Assembly: GCA_030038095.1 (NCBI GenBank)
Contig: JASHPK010000060.1
Span: forward strand, 24,799-88,798
Source of the DNA: Thermoplasmata archaeon
GTDB taxonomy: Archaea > Thermoplasmatota > Thermoplasmata > Lutacidiplasmatales > UBA184
Length of the DNA: 64,000 nt
Direction of reading: 5' to 3'
Part shown: positions 9,992 to 18,728 of the stretch, piece after piece
Position numbering within the stretch: the first letter of the stretch is position 1
Layout: each line of letters opens with the position of its first letter
Notes under the pieces: generated by a model
Databases searched by the model: none
Told to the model about the DNA's origin: nothing
What the model saw: only the letters and a program-made list of their open reading frames with translations
Program-made: the position numbers and the translations under genes

Positions 9992-12460
9992 TCACTGGAA
10001 GTCGGCGAGCTTACGCGTCGTGGTCCGCCGCTTCGCCGGCTTCGAGAGCTCGGCGACCGGCGTGTCCAGCGTCGCGGGCGGTCCGGCGTCCGGAGCCGGT
10101 CCCGGAGTCTCTTCGCCTCCGAGGCGCTGTTGGTGGCTGCCCCGGAGCAGCGCGGCCGCGTCCCAGTCGAACACCTCAGTCACCCGGGCCAGGGTCTGGG
10201 CGACCCGGTCCGCATAGTACTCCCAGTCCGGCTCGCCCGTGAAGGGTCGGCCCTCGACCCACGGCTCGATCTCCTGGGGGGACTTGCGCGAGTTCGTGAC
10301 GATCCAGGCGACCTTCATGCCGGGGATCACGTCGTAGCCCTCCTCGCGCAGGCGCTTGTACACCCGGAGGAACGGGAGGCCATCGCGCGTGGACTCGTTG
10401 TACTCGCTCTCCGCGCGGACCGTGCGCGCGATCACCAGCCGTTCCGGGGGAACCGCGTGCGAGCGCACGGCCTGCACGAGCTCCCGCGAGCGCCGGACGG
10501 CGCCGTCGGTGTCCCCCTTCAGGACGAGGTCGAACACCTCGAGCAAGCTGTCCGACTGGTAGTCGAACGCGTCCGTCCGGCGGGTCTCGTAGCCGCGGAC
10601 GATCACCTCCTCTCGGGGCCAGATCGTCCGGCCGACGTAGCGTTTCTTGGCCCCGTGGGAGAAGAACGACTCGTACACGGACTGGAACTCGAACGTGACG
10701 CCCTCGTGGGTGAACCGCTTCGCGATCGCTTCGCCGAACTCCCGGGAGCCGTCGAGGGTCGGCGTGGGGGACCGGACGAACACCGAGTCCGTGTCGGAGT
10801 AAACGACCTCGTGCCCGTCCTCCTCGAGGTCGCGGATGATCGACGTGATCGCCTCGCGGGCGAAGGCGGTGATCGCCGCCCCGATCTCCTTGTTCGTGAA
10901 CCGGTAGAAGCTCGAGGCCAGCACCCCGTAGAACGAGTTCATCAGCACCTTCACCGCGTTCTGGAGGCCGTCGTAGTACTCGCGCAGCTCGGGGGACGTG
11001 GCCGCGCGCTGCTCCGCCCGGAACCGGTCCCGGTCGGCGAGCAGCTGCTGGAGGATACCGGGGATGAGCCCCTTGCGCACGTTCGGGGCGAGGAATCTCG
11101 CGCCCGACGGCGCCACCGTCGTCCCCTCGGGACTCAGGGTCGTGAAGCAGAGGTTGCGTGAGATGATGATCGAGGGATACATCGACTTGAAGTCGAGGAC
11201 CACCACCCATCGGTAGATCCCCGGACGGATCGTGTGGACGTACCCGCCTTCGATCGGGTTCTCCCGACCGCCGAAATGGCTCGTCGGGACACCGACCTTC
11301 TCCTCGTCCGCGCGCGGGATGAGCAGGGCGTCGACGAACAGCGAGGTCCGGCCGTTCAGGCCCTCCTCGAGGGGGAGGTGCGCGACGGTCGCGAGGTCGG
11401 CCGCCTTCTCCAACGTGCGCAGCCGCTGGACGATGCGCAGCGCGAGCTCCGCGTCGTGCTCGCAGTACTCCATCACGCGCTCCCGGTCGCGGGCCCACTC
11501 TTGGTCGATGTTCCTTCGATCGACATCGAGCTTCGAGTCCCCGAGAAGCGTGCGGGCGACGAACTGCAGCGTCTCCTGCTTCGGGCGAAGCTCGCGTCGC
11601 GCGGACCACCAGGCGTCCGCGACGACCCGTCCCGAGATCTTCCAGAGCCGATCGCCCATCATCCGCGGGAAGGAGCGCTCGCGGCCGAGGGCGAGCCCCG
11701 CGAGGCCGAGCGCCTTCGCCCGTTCCTCGAGGAGGGGAAGGTCGTAGCCGCCGATGTTGTACCCCGTGATGACGTCGGGGTCGTCCTCGCTGACGACCCG
11801 GACGAACTCCTCGACGATCTCCCGCTCGGTCGAGCGACTGATGCGGAAGGAGCGCCGGTCCTGGCCCCCTCCCTCGGCGACCCCGCAGATCGTGAAGATC
11901 GTCCGCTCGCGGATCGCGTTCTCGATGTCGAACGAGAGGACCCGCAGCGAGGGTCGGAACGCCGGAGCGGACCGGATGTCCCGGCCCTCGTCCCGGACGA
12001 CGCGGACGACGTTCGGGATCGTGTAGCGCGTCCGCACGTCGTCCGGCTCGTCCTCGGCCTCGAAGGCGAGGTAGAGCCCCAGGTGCTTGTCGTACAGGAA
12101 GCGGTGCACGAACGGGATGTCGCACGCGAGGACGCTTCCCTCATCGCCCCGGCGACGGTACCGGTCCCGGTACTCCGGAACGAGGAATGGCCGGTGGAGG
12201 GTCACCCGGATCGCTTTGCGATCGGCCCCGGCGACCCACGTGGTGATGTCGTCGAAGGAGATGATCTCGGGGTCCGCTTTCAGCTGGGCTCGGACCTCGG
12301 GCGTGGGATCCGTCACCACAAAGTAGGGTCGGAAGCCGTAGTACCGGGCGACCATCGGGTCGCCGCCGCGCGTACGGCCGAAGAGCTCGAGCACGACCTC
12401 GTCGCCGACGGTCTCGTACGAGCCCTCGAGCAAAAACAGCTCGACCGTGCGCACGCTCAA
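9992..12460 (-). CDS. polB: Family B DNA polymerase with intact 3'-5' exonuclease
   Basis: Exo motifs SFDIE, GYNIGGYD, YCEHD; polymerase motifs DFKSMYPSII, KVLMNSFYG, YSDTDS, KKRY; TTG start. Confidence 0.95.
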   Translation of the reverse strand: MSVRTVELFLLEGSYETVGDEVVLELFGRTRGGDPMVARYYGFRPYFVVTDPTPEVRAQLKADPEIISFDDITTWVAGADRKAIRVTLHRPFLVPEYRDRYRRRGDEGSVLACDIPFVHRFLYDKHLGLYLAFEAEDEPDDVRTRYTIPNVVRVVRDEGRDIRSAPAFRPSLRVLSFDIENAIRERTIFTICGVAEGGGQDRRSFRISRSTEREIVEEFVRVVSEDDPDVITGYNIGGYDLPLLEERAKALGLAGLALGRERSFPRMMGDRLWKISGRVVADAWWSARRELRPKQETLQFVARTLLGDSKLDVDRRNIDQEWARDRERVMEYCEHDAELALRIVQRLRTLEKAADLATVAHLPLEEGLNGRTSLFVDALLIPRADEEKVGVPTSHFGGRENPIEGGYVHTIRPGIYRWVVVLDFKSMYPSIIISRNLCFTTLSPEGTTVAPSGARFLAPNVRKGLIPGILQQLLADRDRFRAEQRAATSPELREYYDGLQNAVKVLMNSFYGVLASSFYRFTNKEIGAAITAFAREAITSIIRDLEEDGHEVVYSDTDSVFVRSPTPTLDGSREFGEAIAKRFTHEGVTFEFQSVYESFFSHGAKKRYVGRTIWPREEVIVRGYETRRTDAFDYQSDSLLEVFDLVLKGDTDGAVRRSRELVQAVRSHAVPPERLVIARTVRAESEYNESTRDGLPFLRVYKRLREEGYDVIPGMKVAWIVTNSRKSPQEIEPWVEGRPFTGEPDWEYYADRVAQTLARVTEVFDWDAAALLRGSHQQRLGGEETPGPAPDAGPPATLDTPVAELSKPAKRRTTTRKLADFQ

Positions 12461-12486
12461 GCGAGCCCGACCCCCGTTATAGGGGT

Positions 12487-13125
12487 TTATCCCGCGATGA
12501 GCCAGCGCCCGAGGGCATCGACGTCATGCTCCCACCGTTCGGTGAGCCGGCGCGAACGGAGGGCCGCGGCGGGATGGATGAGCGGGAAGAGCCACCGGGG
12601 CCCGACGGTCCTCGGCACACCAGCGGCCTCGAGGACCGGTGGCGCGCGCGGATCAAGGGCCCGGAGCGCGGAGGCTCCGAGGGTCACGAGGCCGTTTGGT
12701 CGGAGGAGGGCGAGCTGCCGGTCGAGGAACGGCCGGCACGTGTGCGCGGCCGCTCGATCGAACCGGTTCGAAGGCGGCCGGCACTTGAGCAGGTTCAGCA
12801 CTCCCCAATCCGACGGGGCGAGCCCGATTCGGGCGATCGCGGCGTCGAGTCGGCGTCCCGATCGGCCGACGAACGGGATCCCGGCCCGGTCCTCGGCGGC
12901 CCCCGGCGCCTCGCCGACGAACACGACCCGGGGCGAAAGCGTACCTCGGTAGACGACGGCGTGGGTCCGCCTCGAACCGAGGGGACAGCGACGGCAGGCG
13001 TGGATCTCCCGGGCGAGTCGATCCCACGCCGCGCGACGGCCGGATTCGGCCGAAGGAACGGGGTCCGTGGCCTCTCGGCGGATGCGGGGTACCTCGCGCA
13101 TTCCACTCGTTCCCGGACCGCCCAT
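12487..13125 (-). CDS. udg: Uracil-DNA glycosylase family 4
   Basis: CxxCxL, GEAPG, PFVGRSG, KCRPPxNR, HPAA; start at 13125 or 13101. Confidence 0.88.
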   Translation of the reverse strand: MGGPGTSGMREVPRIRREATDPVPSAESGRRAAWDRLAREIHACRRCPLGSRRTHAVVYRGTLSPRVVFVGEAPGAAEDRAGIPFVGRSGRRLDAAIARIGLAPSDWGVLNLLKCRPPSNRFDRAAAHTCRPFLDRQLALLRPNGLVTLGASALRALDPRAPPVLEAAGVPRTVGPRWLFPLIHPAAALRSRRLTERWEHDVDALGRWLIAG

Positions 13126-13168
13126 TCTCCCGAGAAACCGCCCCCTCGAGGCGGACGCGGCACGGACC

Positions 13169-13175
13169 TTAAATA
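13169..13175 (+). promoter_or_regulatory. TATA box of the rps12 operon (probably shared with divergent udg)
   Basis: TTAAATA in GC-rich DNA, 31 nt before the rps12 ATG. Confidence 0.7.
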
Positions 13176-13205
13176 GGGCCACCCTTCTGCTCGGCCCCTC
13201 CGCCG

Positions 13206-13640
13206 ATGTCACCCCCTTCCGGACTCCATACCGCCGGTCGGCTCGCCACGCTCCGCCAGCGGCGACGCTGGTCGGATCGCTACTACAAGCGACGGACCCT
13301 CCATCTCAAGGAGCGTTCCGACCCGCTCGAAGGGGCCCCGCAGGCCCGAGGGATCGTGATCGAGAAGGTCGGCGTCGAAGCCAAGCAGCCGAACTCCGCG
13401 ATCCGCAAGTGCATCAAGGTCCAGCTCATCAAGAACGGCCGGCAGGTGACCGCGTTCGCCGTGGGCGACGGCGCCATCAACTTCATCGATGAGCACGACG
13501 AGGTGCTCGTCGAGGGGATCGGGGGCCGGATGGGCCGGTCGTACGGGGACATCCCCGGCGTCCGCTACAAGGTGATCCAGGTGAACGGTGTCTCGCTCGA
13601 CGAGCTCGTGCGCGGGCGCAAGGAGAAGCCGGCCCGATGA
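13206..13640 (+). CDS. rps12: 30S ribosomal protein uS12
   Basis: [22 protein letters not shown]. Confidence 0.98.
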   Translation: MSPPSGLHTAGRLATLRQRRRWSDRYYKRRTLHLKERSDPLEGAPQARGIVIEKVGVEAKQPNSAIRKCIKVQLIKNGRQVTAFAVGDGAINFIDEHDEVLVEGIGGRMGRSYGDIPGVRYKVIQVNGVSLDELVRGRKEKPAR

Positions 13641-14299
13641 GCTCGAACCCCGAGTCGCTGCGCCCGCCCGAGCCCTCCACCGAGGAGACCGGGCCGGTCG
13701 TCCAGCGCCCCCAGCCGCCTCCTCCGCCCCCGTTCCCGGTGCCGCCCCTGTTCGGGAAGTACCCATTCGAAGGCGTCACGGTCCACGACCCGGGGCTGCT
13801 GCCCTACCTCTACCTGCATCCGGTCTATGCCCCGCACAGCGAGGGCCGGCTCGCGGGGAAGCCGTTCCTCAAGACTCGGATGCATCTCGTCGAGCGGCTC
13901 GCGAACCACCTGATGAAGGGCGGGAATTTCACCGGGAAGAAGTCGAAGGCTCTCGCGACCGTCCGAAAGGCCTTCGCCGAGCTGGCGGAGAAGGAAGGCA
14001 AGAACCCGCTCCAGCTCCTCGTCGACGCCGTGGAGAACGCGGCGCCGCGCGAGGAGGTGACCCGGCTCCAGTTCGGCGGGATCTCGGTCCCGCGGGCCGT
14101 GGACGCATCCCCGGCACGCCGCCTCAACGTGGCGATCCGCAATCTTGCGCTCGGCGCGATCCAGGCGTCCCACAAGTCGACCAAGCCGATCCACTCCTGT
14201 CTCGCGGACGAGATCCGTCTCGCGGCCAAGGGCGACCTGACCTCCTTCGCCGTCGGCCGGAAGGAAGAGGTCGAGCGGGTCGCGCAGTCCGCCCGCTAG
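13637..14299 (+). CDS. rps7: 30S ribosomal protein uS7
   Basis: [35 protein letters not shown]. Confidence 0.97.
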   Translation: MSSNPESLRPPEPSTEETGPVVQRPQPPPPPPFPVPPLFGKYPFEGVTVHDPGLLPYLYLHPVYAPHSEGRLAGKPFLKTRMHLVERLANHLMKGGNFTGKKSKALATVRKAFAELAEKEGKNPLQLLVDAVENAAPREEVTRLQFGGISVPRAVDASPARRLNVAIRNLALGAIQASHKSTKPIHSCLADEIRLAAKGDLTSFAVGRKEEVERVAQSAR

Positions 14300-14320
14300 G
14301 GGCGGAGGAAGAGCGAGAGC

Positions 14321-16522
14321 ATGACCCACATCCGAGCCGAGCTGGCGAAGGCCATCCCCGAGATGATGCGGAACGTCGACCGCATCCGCAACATCGGGAT
14401 CGTGGCCCACATCCACCACGGGAAGACGACCCTGTCGGACAACCTGCTCGCGGCCGCCGGCATGATCTCGAACGAGCTCGCGGGCAAGCAGCTCCTGCTG
14501 AACTTCGATGAGCAGGAGCAGGCGCGCCTCCTCACGATCAACAACGCGGACGTCACGATCGTCCACGAGTTCGAGGGCGAGCAGCATCTCATCAACCTCA
14601 TCGACACCCCGGGCCACGTCGACTTCGGCGGGGACGTCACGCGGGCGATGCGGGCGGTCGACGGCGCGATCGTCGTCGTCTGCGCGGTCGAGGGGGTGAT
14701 GGCGCAGACCGAGACCGTGCTCCGGCAAGCGCTCCGCGAGAAGGTGAAGCCGGTCCTGTTCATCAACAAGGTCGACCGCGCGATCAAGGAGCTCCAGCTC
14801 GGCTCCGACGCGCTCCAGAAGCGGTTCACGACGATCATCACCGAGGTCAACGAGCTCATCCGTCGGATGGCTCCCGAGGAGTTCGTCGACGAGTGGAGCG
14901 TCGATCCGCGGGACGGGTCGGTCGCCTTCGGCTCCGGCTACGACAACTGGGCGATCAGCGTGCCGTACATGCAGAGGACCGGCGTCAAGTTCCCCGACAT
15001 CATCAACTACGTCTCGACCGGCCGGACGAAGGAGATCGCCCAGCGCGCCCGCATCAACGACGTCGTCTTCGACATGGTCGTGCGCCACCTTCCGAGCCCC
15101 AAGGTCGCGCAGAAGTACCGGATCCCGAACATCTGGAAGGGGGACATCGGCTCCTCAGTCGGCCAGGCGATGGTCTCGACCGATACCGAGGGCCCGACCG
15201 CGTTCATGGTCACCGACATCACGATGGACCCGAACGCGGGGGAGATCGCGACCGGGCGCGTCTTCTCCGGCAAGCTGCAGAAAGGGATGGAGCTCAACAT
15301 CGTCGGGACCAAGATCAAAAACCGGATCCAGCACGTCTCGCTCTTCATGGGTCCCGAGCGGCTGATGGTCGACGAGGTCACCGCCGGGAACATCGGGGCG
15401 GTCATCGGCCTCACGGACGCCTTTGCCGGGACGACGACCTCCACCGATCCCGCGATGGTCCCCTTCGAGGAGATCCGTCACGTTTCCGAGCCCGTCGTCA
15501 CCGTGGCGATCGAGCCGAAGCGCATGGCGGACCTACCGAAGCTGATCGAGACGATGCGCAAGGTCGCGAAGGAGGACGCGAGCTTGCGCGTCGAGATCAA
15601 CCAGGAGACGGGGGAGCACCTCCTCTCGGGGATGGGCGAGCTCCACCTCGAGATCACCCAGTACCGGATCATCAACGACTACAAGGTCGAGATCGAGGCG
15701 TCGAAGCCGATCGTGGTCTACCGGGAGGTCGTGAAGCATCCGGGCGGGCCCTTCGAGGGAAAGTCCCCCAACAAGCACAACCGTTTCTACTTCGAGGTCG
15801 AGCCGCTCCCGGAGGCGGTCGTCCAGGCGATCGGCGAAGGGGAGATCCCGCAGGGCAAGTCGTTCAAGGACACGAAGACGCTCGTGACGAAGCTCGAGGC
15901 GCTCGGGATCCCGCGCGACGAGGGTCGGGGGCTCATCGCCGTCGAGGGCCGGAACATCCTCTTCGACGTCACGAAGGGGATCCAGTACCTCAACGAGACG
16001 ATGGACCTCATCATCGACGCGTTCAAAGAGGCGATGAACCGCGGGCCGCTCGCGAACGAGAAGGTCTACGGGCTCAAGGTCCGGCTCGTCGACGCGAAGC
16101 TGCACGAGGACTCGATCCACCGCGGGCCTGCCCAGACGATCCCGGCCGCGCGGTCGGGAATCTACGGCGCGATGGTCCTCGGGGACCGGCTCCTCCTCGA
16201 GCCGTTCCAGAAGGTCACCGTGAACGTCCCCCAGGAGGTCCTCGCGGGCGCGACCCGCGAGCTCCAGCGGCGACGCGGGGAGATCCTCGACATGACGAGC
16301 GTCGGCGACCTTCAGACCGTCGTCGCGAAGAGCCCGGTCGCCGAGATGTTCGGGTTCGCCTCCGATATCCGCAGTGCGACGGCGGGTAAAGTGCTCTGGG
16401 CCACCGAGTCGATGGGCTTCGAACCGGTGCCGCCCGACCTCCAGCCGAAGGTCGTCGCCGAGGTGCGGCAGCGTCGGGGGCTCAAACCCGAGCCGTACGA
16501 CGCGAGCTACTACGCCGGCTAG
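14321..16522 (+). CDS. fusA: Translation elongation factor aEF-2
   Basis: DTPGHVDF, NKVD, SPNKHN, diphthamide loop LHEDSIHRGPAQ; variant G1/G2 motifs (see findings). Confidence 0.98.
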   Translation: MTHIRAELAKAIPEMMRNVDRIRNIGIVAHIHHGKTTLSDNLLAAAGMISNELAGKQLLLNFDEQEQARLLTINNADVTIVHEFEGEQHLINLIDTPGHVDFGGDVTRAMRAVDGAIVVVCAVEGVMAQTETVLRQALREKVKPVLFINKVDRAIKELQLGSDALQKRFTTIITEVNELIRRMAPEEFVDEWSVDPRDGSVAFGSGYDNWAISVPYMQRTGVKFPDIINYVSTGRTKEIAQRARINDVVFDMVVRHLPSPKVAQKYRIPNIWKGDIGSSVGQAMVSTDTEGPTAFMVTDITMDPNAGEIATGRVFSGKLQKGMELNIVGTKIKNRIQHVSLFMGPERLMVDEVTAGNIGAVIGLTDAFAGTTTSTDPAMVPFEEIRHVSEPVVTVAIEPKRMADLPKLIETMRKVAKEDASLRVEINQETGEHLLSGMGELHLEITQYRIINDYKVEIEASKPIVVYREVVKHPGGPFEGKSPNKHNRFYFEVEPLPEAVVQAIGEGEIPQGKSFKDTKTLVTKLEALGIPRDEGRGLIAVEGRNILFDVTKGIQYLNETMDLIIDAFKEAMNRGPLANEKVYGLKVRLVDAKLHEDSIHRGPAQTIPAARSGIYGAMVLGDRLLLEPFQKVTVNVPQEVLAGATRELQRRRGEILDMTSVGDLQTVVAKSPVAEMFGFASDIRSATAGKVLWATESMGFEPVPPDLQPKVVAEVRQRRGLKPEPYDASYYAG

Positions 16523-16660
16523 CGGCGGTCCGCACCGAGTCTACTACGGCGTGTAGTAGCTCTGAGGGGGGCTCAAACCCCCAGGCGTCCGACGCGGGCT
16601 ACTATGCCGGCTAGCGGCCGTGCGCACCGAACCTACTACGGCACGTAGTAGCTCCGGGGG
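16476..16660 (+). repeat. Imperfect tandem duplication (about 91-92 bp unit) of the fusA 3' end plus downstream palindrome
   Basis: 16476-16566 aligns with 16567-16658 (GGGGGCTCAAACCC...GACGCG.GCTACTA.GCCGGCTAGCGGC.GT.CGCACCGA..CTACTACGGC..GTAGTAGCTC). Confidence 0.9.
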
Positions 16661-16740
16661 AGGCTCGGCCCCTCAGCCCCGTTCGACGCCTGCCCCGCGA
16701 ACGTATAGGGCCGTGGGTCCATGGGCGAGCGCCTGGGTCC

Positions 16741-17211
16741 ATGGAGGTCCACCGGAACGACCGGGCGCAGTTCGACCTCGAGGAATTCTTGGGCCGGCCG
16801 CTCCTCGCTCACGTCGCGTCGTTTTCCGACGCCGGCCCCCGAAGCTCCCTCTTCTGGTATCTCTGGGAGGACGCCGCGCTCTGGATGATTCTCGAGGAGG
16901 GCTTCAACACCCTCCAGGAGCGGATCCGGGCCGATCCGCGCGTCGCCGTCGGGTTCGCGGACTTCGACCCGGCGACGGGGTTCCTGCAGCACGTGAGCGT
17001 GCGGGGGACCGCCTCGCTCGAGCCGTGGGACGACGAGCGCGCGGGACGCCTCCTTCGCCGCTACTACTGCCAGCTTCAGGACTACCGGGAGGCGGCCCCC
17101 CACCTGGGAGAGGAGGTGCGAGGAGCTCACCCGATGCTCTTCCTGCGGATTCATCCGGAGTCCGTGTTCCTGAGGGAACAGAGCTACCGGGATCAAGTGC
17201 TTCGAGGGTGA
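16741..17211 (+). CDS. Pyridoxamine 5'-phosphate oxidase-like (split-barrel flavin-binding) protein
   Basis: FLxRPLLAHVAS, PRSSLFWYLWE, RIRADPRVAV, VSVRGTA pattern. Confidence 0.8.
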   Translation: MEVHRNDRAQFDLEEFLGRPLLAHVASFSDAGPRSSLFWYLWEDAALWMILEEGFNTLQERIRADPRVAVGFADFDPATGFLQHVSVRGTASLEPWDDERAGRLLRRYYCQLQDYREAAPHLGEEVRGAHPMLFLRIHPESVFLREQSYRDQVLRG

Positions 17212-17285
17212 TGCGCGACCCCGCCGGCGGCACGCTAGGCTCCGGTGCTCCCCGAAGGGAGGCTTCGTCCGAGCGTCGCTAGGAC

Positions 17286-17304
17286 CTACTACGATCTGTA
17301 GTAG
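17286..17304. repeat. Third copy of the CTACTAC-N5-GTAGTAG palindrome
   Basis: CTACTACGATCTGTAGTAG; other copies at 16541-16559 and 16633-16651. Confidence 0.9.
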
Positions 17305-17323
17305 CTTACCGGCGCCGAACGCG

Positions 17324-17953
17324 CTATTTCCCCGGCGCCGGCGCGGCGGCCCGCCTCGCCGAGGCCGGTCGCTTCGCGCTTCGAGCCGGCTCGTCCAGCT
17401 CATCGAGGGTGCGCTGCCCCCGTCCCTTCGGTCCGTCGGCGGTCCGCGAACGGATCGGCCAGGCTCCCTCGTGGTCGAGCAGCCAGCGCTTCCGCCAGAG
17501 ACCGAGACCGAAGCCGGTGATCGATCCCCCCACGCCGATCACCCGATGGCACGGGATGACGATCGGGATCGGGTTCCGGTGCATCGCTCCGCCGACCGCA
17601 CGGGCGGCCCCCGGGAACCCGGCGCGCCGGGCCAGCTCCCCGTACGTCACGGTCCGGCCCCCCGGCACCTCCCGAAGGGCCCTCCAGACCGCCCGGTCGA
17701 ACGTGCTCACGGTGTCGGGATCGACCTCGACGTCGAAGTCCTTCCGATCGCCCCGAAAGTACTCCTGGAGCTGCCGCGGCGGACTGCCGGCGGGGTAGGG
17801 GGCCTTGCGACGCACCGCCCCCGCGGGGACCCCGGTCTGGTCGACCCCGTGTTCGAGGAGGTCGACGACGCGCACCGTGGAGCCCTGGTAGGCGATGCGG
17901 AACAACCCGATGGGGGTCGCCACGTCCGTCACTTCGATGGACGCTTCGGGCAT
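17324..17953 (-). CDS. ogt: Methylated-DNA-protein-cysteine methyltransferase
   Basis: TYGELA, AARAVGGA, NPIPIVIPCHRV active site. Confidence 0.93.
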   Translation of the reverse strand: MPEASIEVTDVATPIGLFRIAYQGSTVRVVDLLEHGVDQTGVPAGAVRRKAPYPAGSPPRQLQEYFRGDRKDFDVEVDPDTVSTFDRAVWRALREVPGGRTVTYGELARRAGFPGAARAVGGAMHRNPIPIVIPCHRVIGVGGSITGFGLGLWRKRWLLDHEGAWPIRSRTADGPKGRGQRTLDELDEPARSAKRPASARRAAAPAPGK

Positions 17954-18000
17954 CGTCCGGGGACCGGCGAGCGCCCTTATCTCGGTTTCAACCGGGGCCC

Positions 18001-18678
18001 TCATCCCTCGAGGCCGGAGTCCGTGATGCGGAACTCGGCCGTCCCTTCGGGAAGCGAACGGTGCTTGACGAGCGTGACCCGGCGCCGGGCGCCGGGAAGT
18101 CGGTCGAACCGCAGGATCGTCTTCGCAACGTGGTTCACGAACGATCCGCCGAGCGGCTCGAGGGTCCCATCGCGGAGGTTGCGCCAGACTTGGTTCGTGA
18201 CGAGGACCGGGACGTGCGCCGCGAGCGCCGTGGCGACCAGCTCCGCGAGTTCGAGGCTGAGCGCGGTCCGGGCGTCGTCCTCGTCCGCCCCCGAAAGGGA
18301 CAGCCGGTAATAGAACGTCGCGGAGTCGACCACGATGAGCCCGACCGGCCGCTTGCCCTCGCGCGCGAGGGCGCACGCGGTCGCGACCGCCCGGCCCTCC
18401 TCCTCGAGGTTCTTCGGGGTCGATAGGAGGAACCGCTTGAGGATCCGTTCGAGGGAGTCGCCGGCGATCGAACGAAGGCGGTCGACGCTCACCCCCTCCG
18501 TGTCCACGTAGAGGACCCAGCGACCCTCCCGCGCGACGCGGTGGGCCACCTCGAGGCAGAGGAGGGTCTTGCCGCTCCCGCCCTCGCCATAGAGCTCGGT
18601 GATCGAGTCGGTCTCGAGCCCCCCACCCAGCAATCGATCGATCGATCCGACCCCGGTCGCGAGTCGGTCGGGCGGCAT
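18001..18678 (-). CDS. radB: DNA repair and recombination protein RadB
   Basis: GEGGSGKT, IVVDS, TNQV, C-terminal KHR motif; no RadA N-terminal domain. Confidence 0.92.
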   Translation of the reverse strand: MPPDRLATGVGSIDRLLGGGLETDSITELYGEGGSGKTLLCLEVAHRVAREGRWVLYVDTEGVSVDRLRSIAGDSLERILKRFLLSTPKNLEEEGRAVATACALAREGKRPVGLIVVDSATFYYRLSLSGADEDDARTALSLELAELVATALAAHVPVLVTNQVWRNLRDGTLEPLGGSFVNHVAKTILRFDRLPGARRRVTLVKHRSLPEGTAEFRITDSGLEG

Positions 18679-18728
18679 GGCGCGACCGAGAGTGACCGGG
18701 GGCTTAATCCCTCGGCCGCCGGGCGGCG

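Noticed and set aside
9992-12460. Inactivated or intein-containing PolB
   Set aside because: All exonuclease and polymerase catalytic motifs are intact and the length is normal
16476-17304. CRISPR mini-array interpretation of the palindromic repeats
   Set aside because: Only three copies with irregular spacing, the sequence between copies 1 and 2 is a duplicate of fusA rather than a unique spacer, and there are no cas genes
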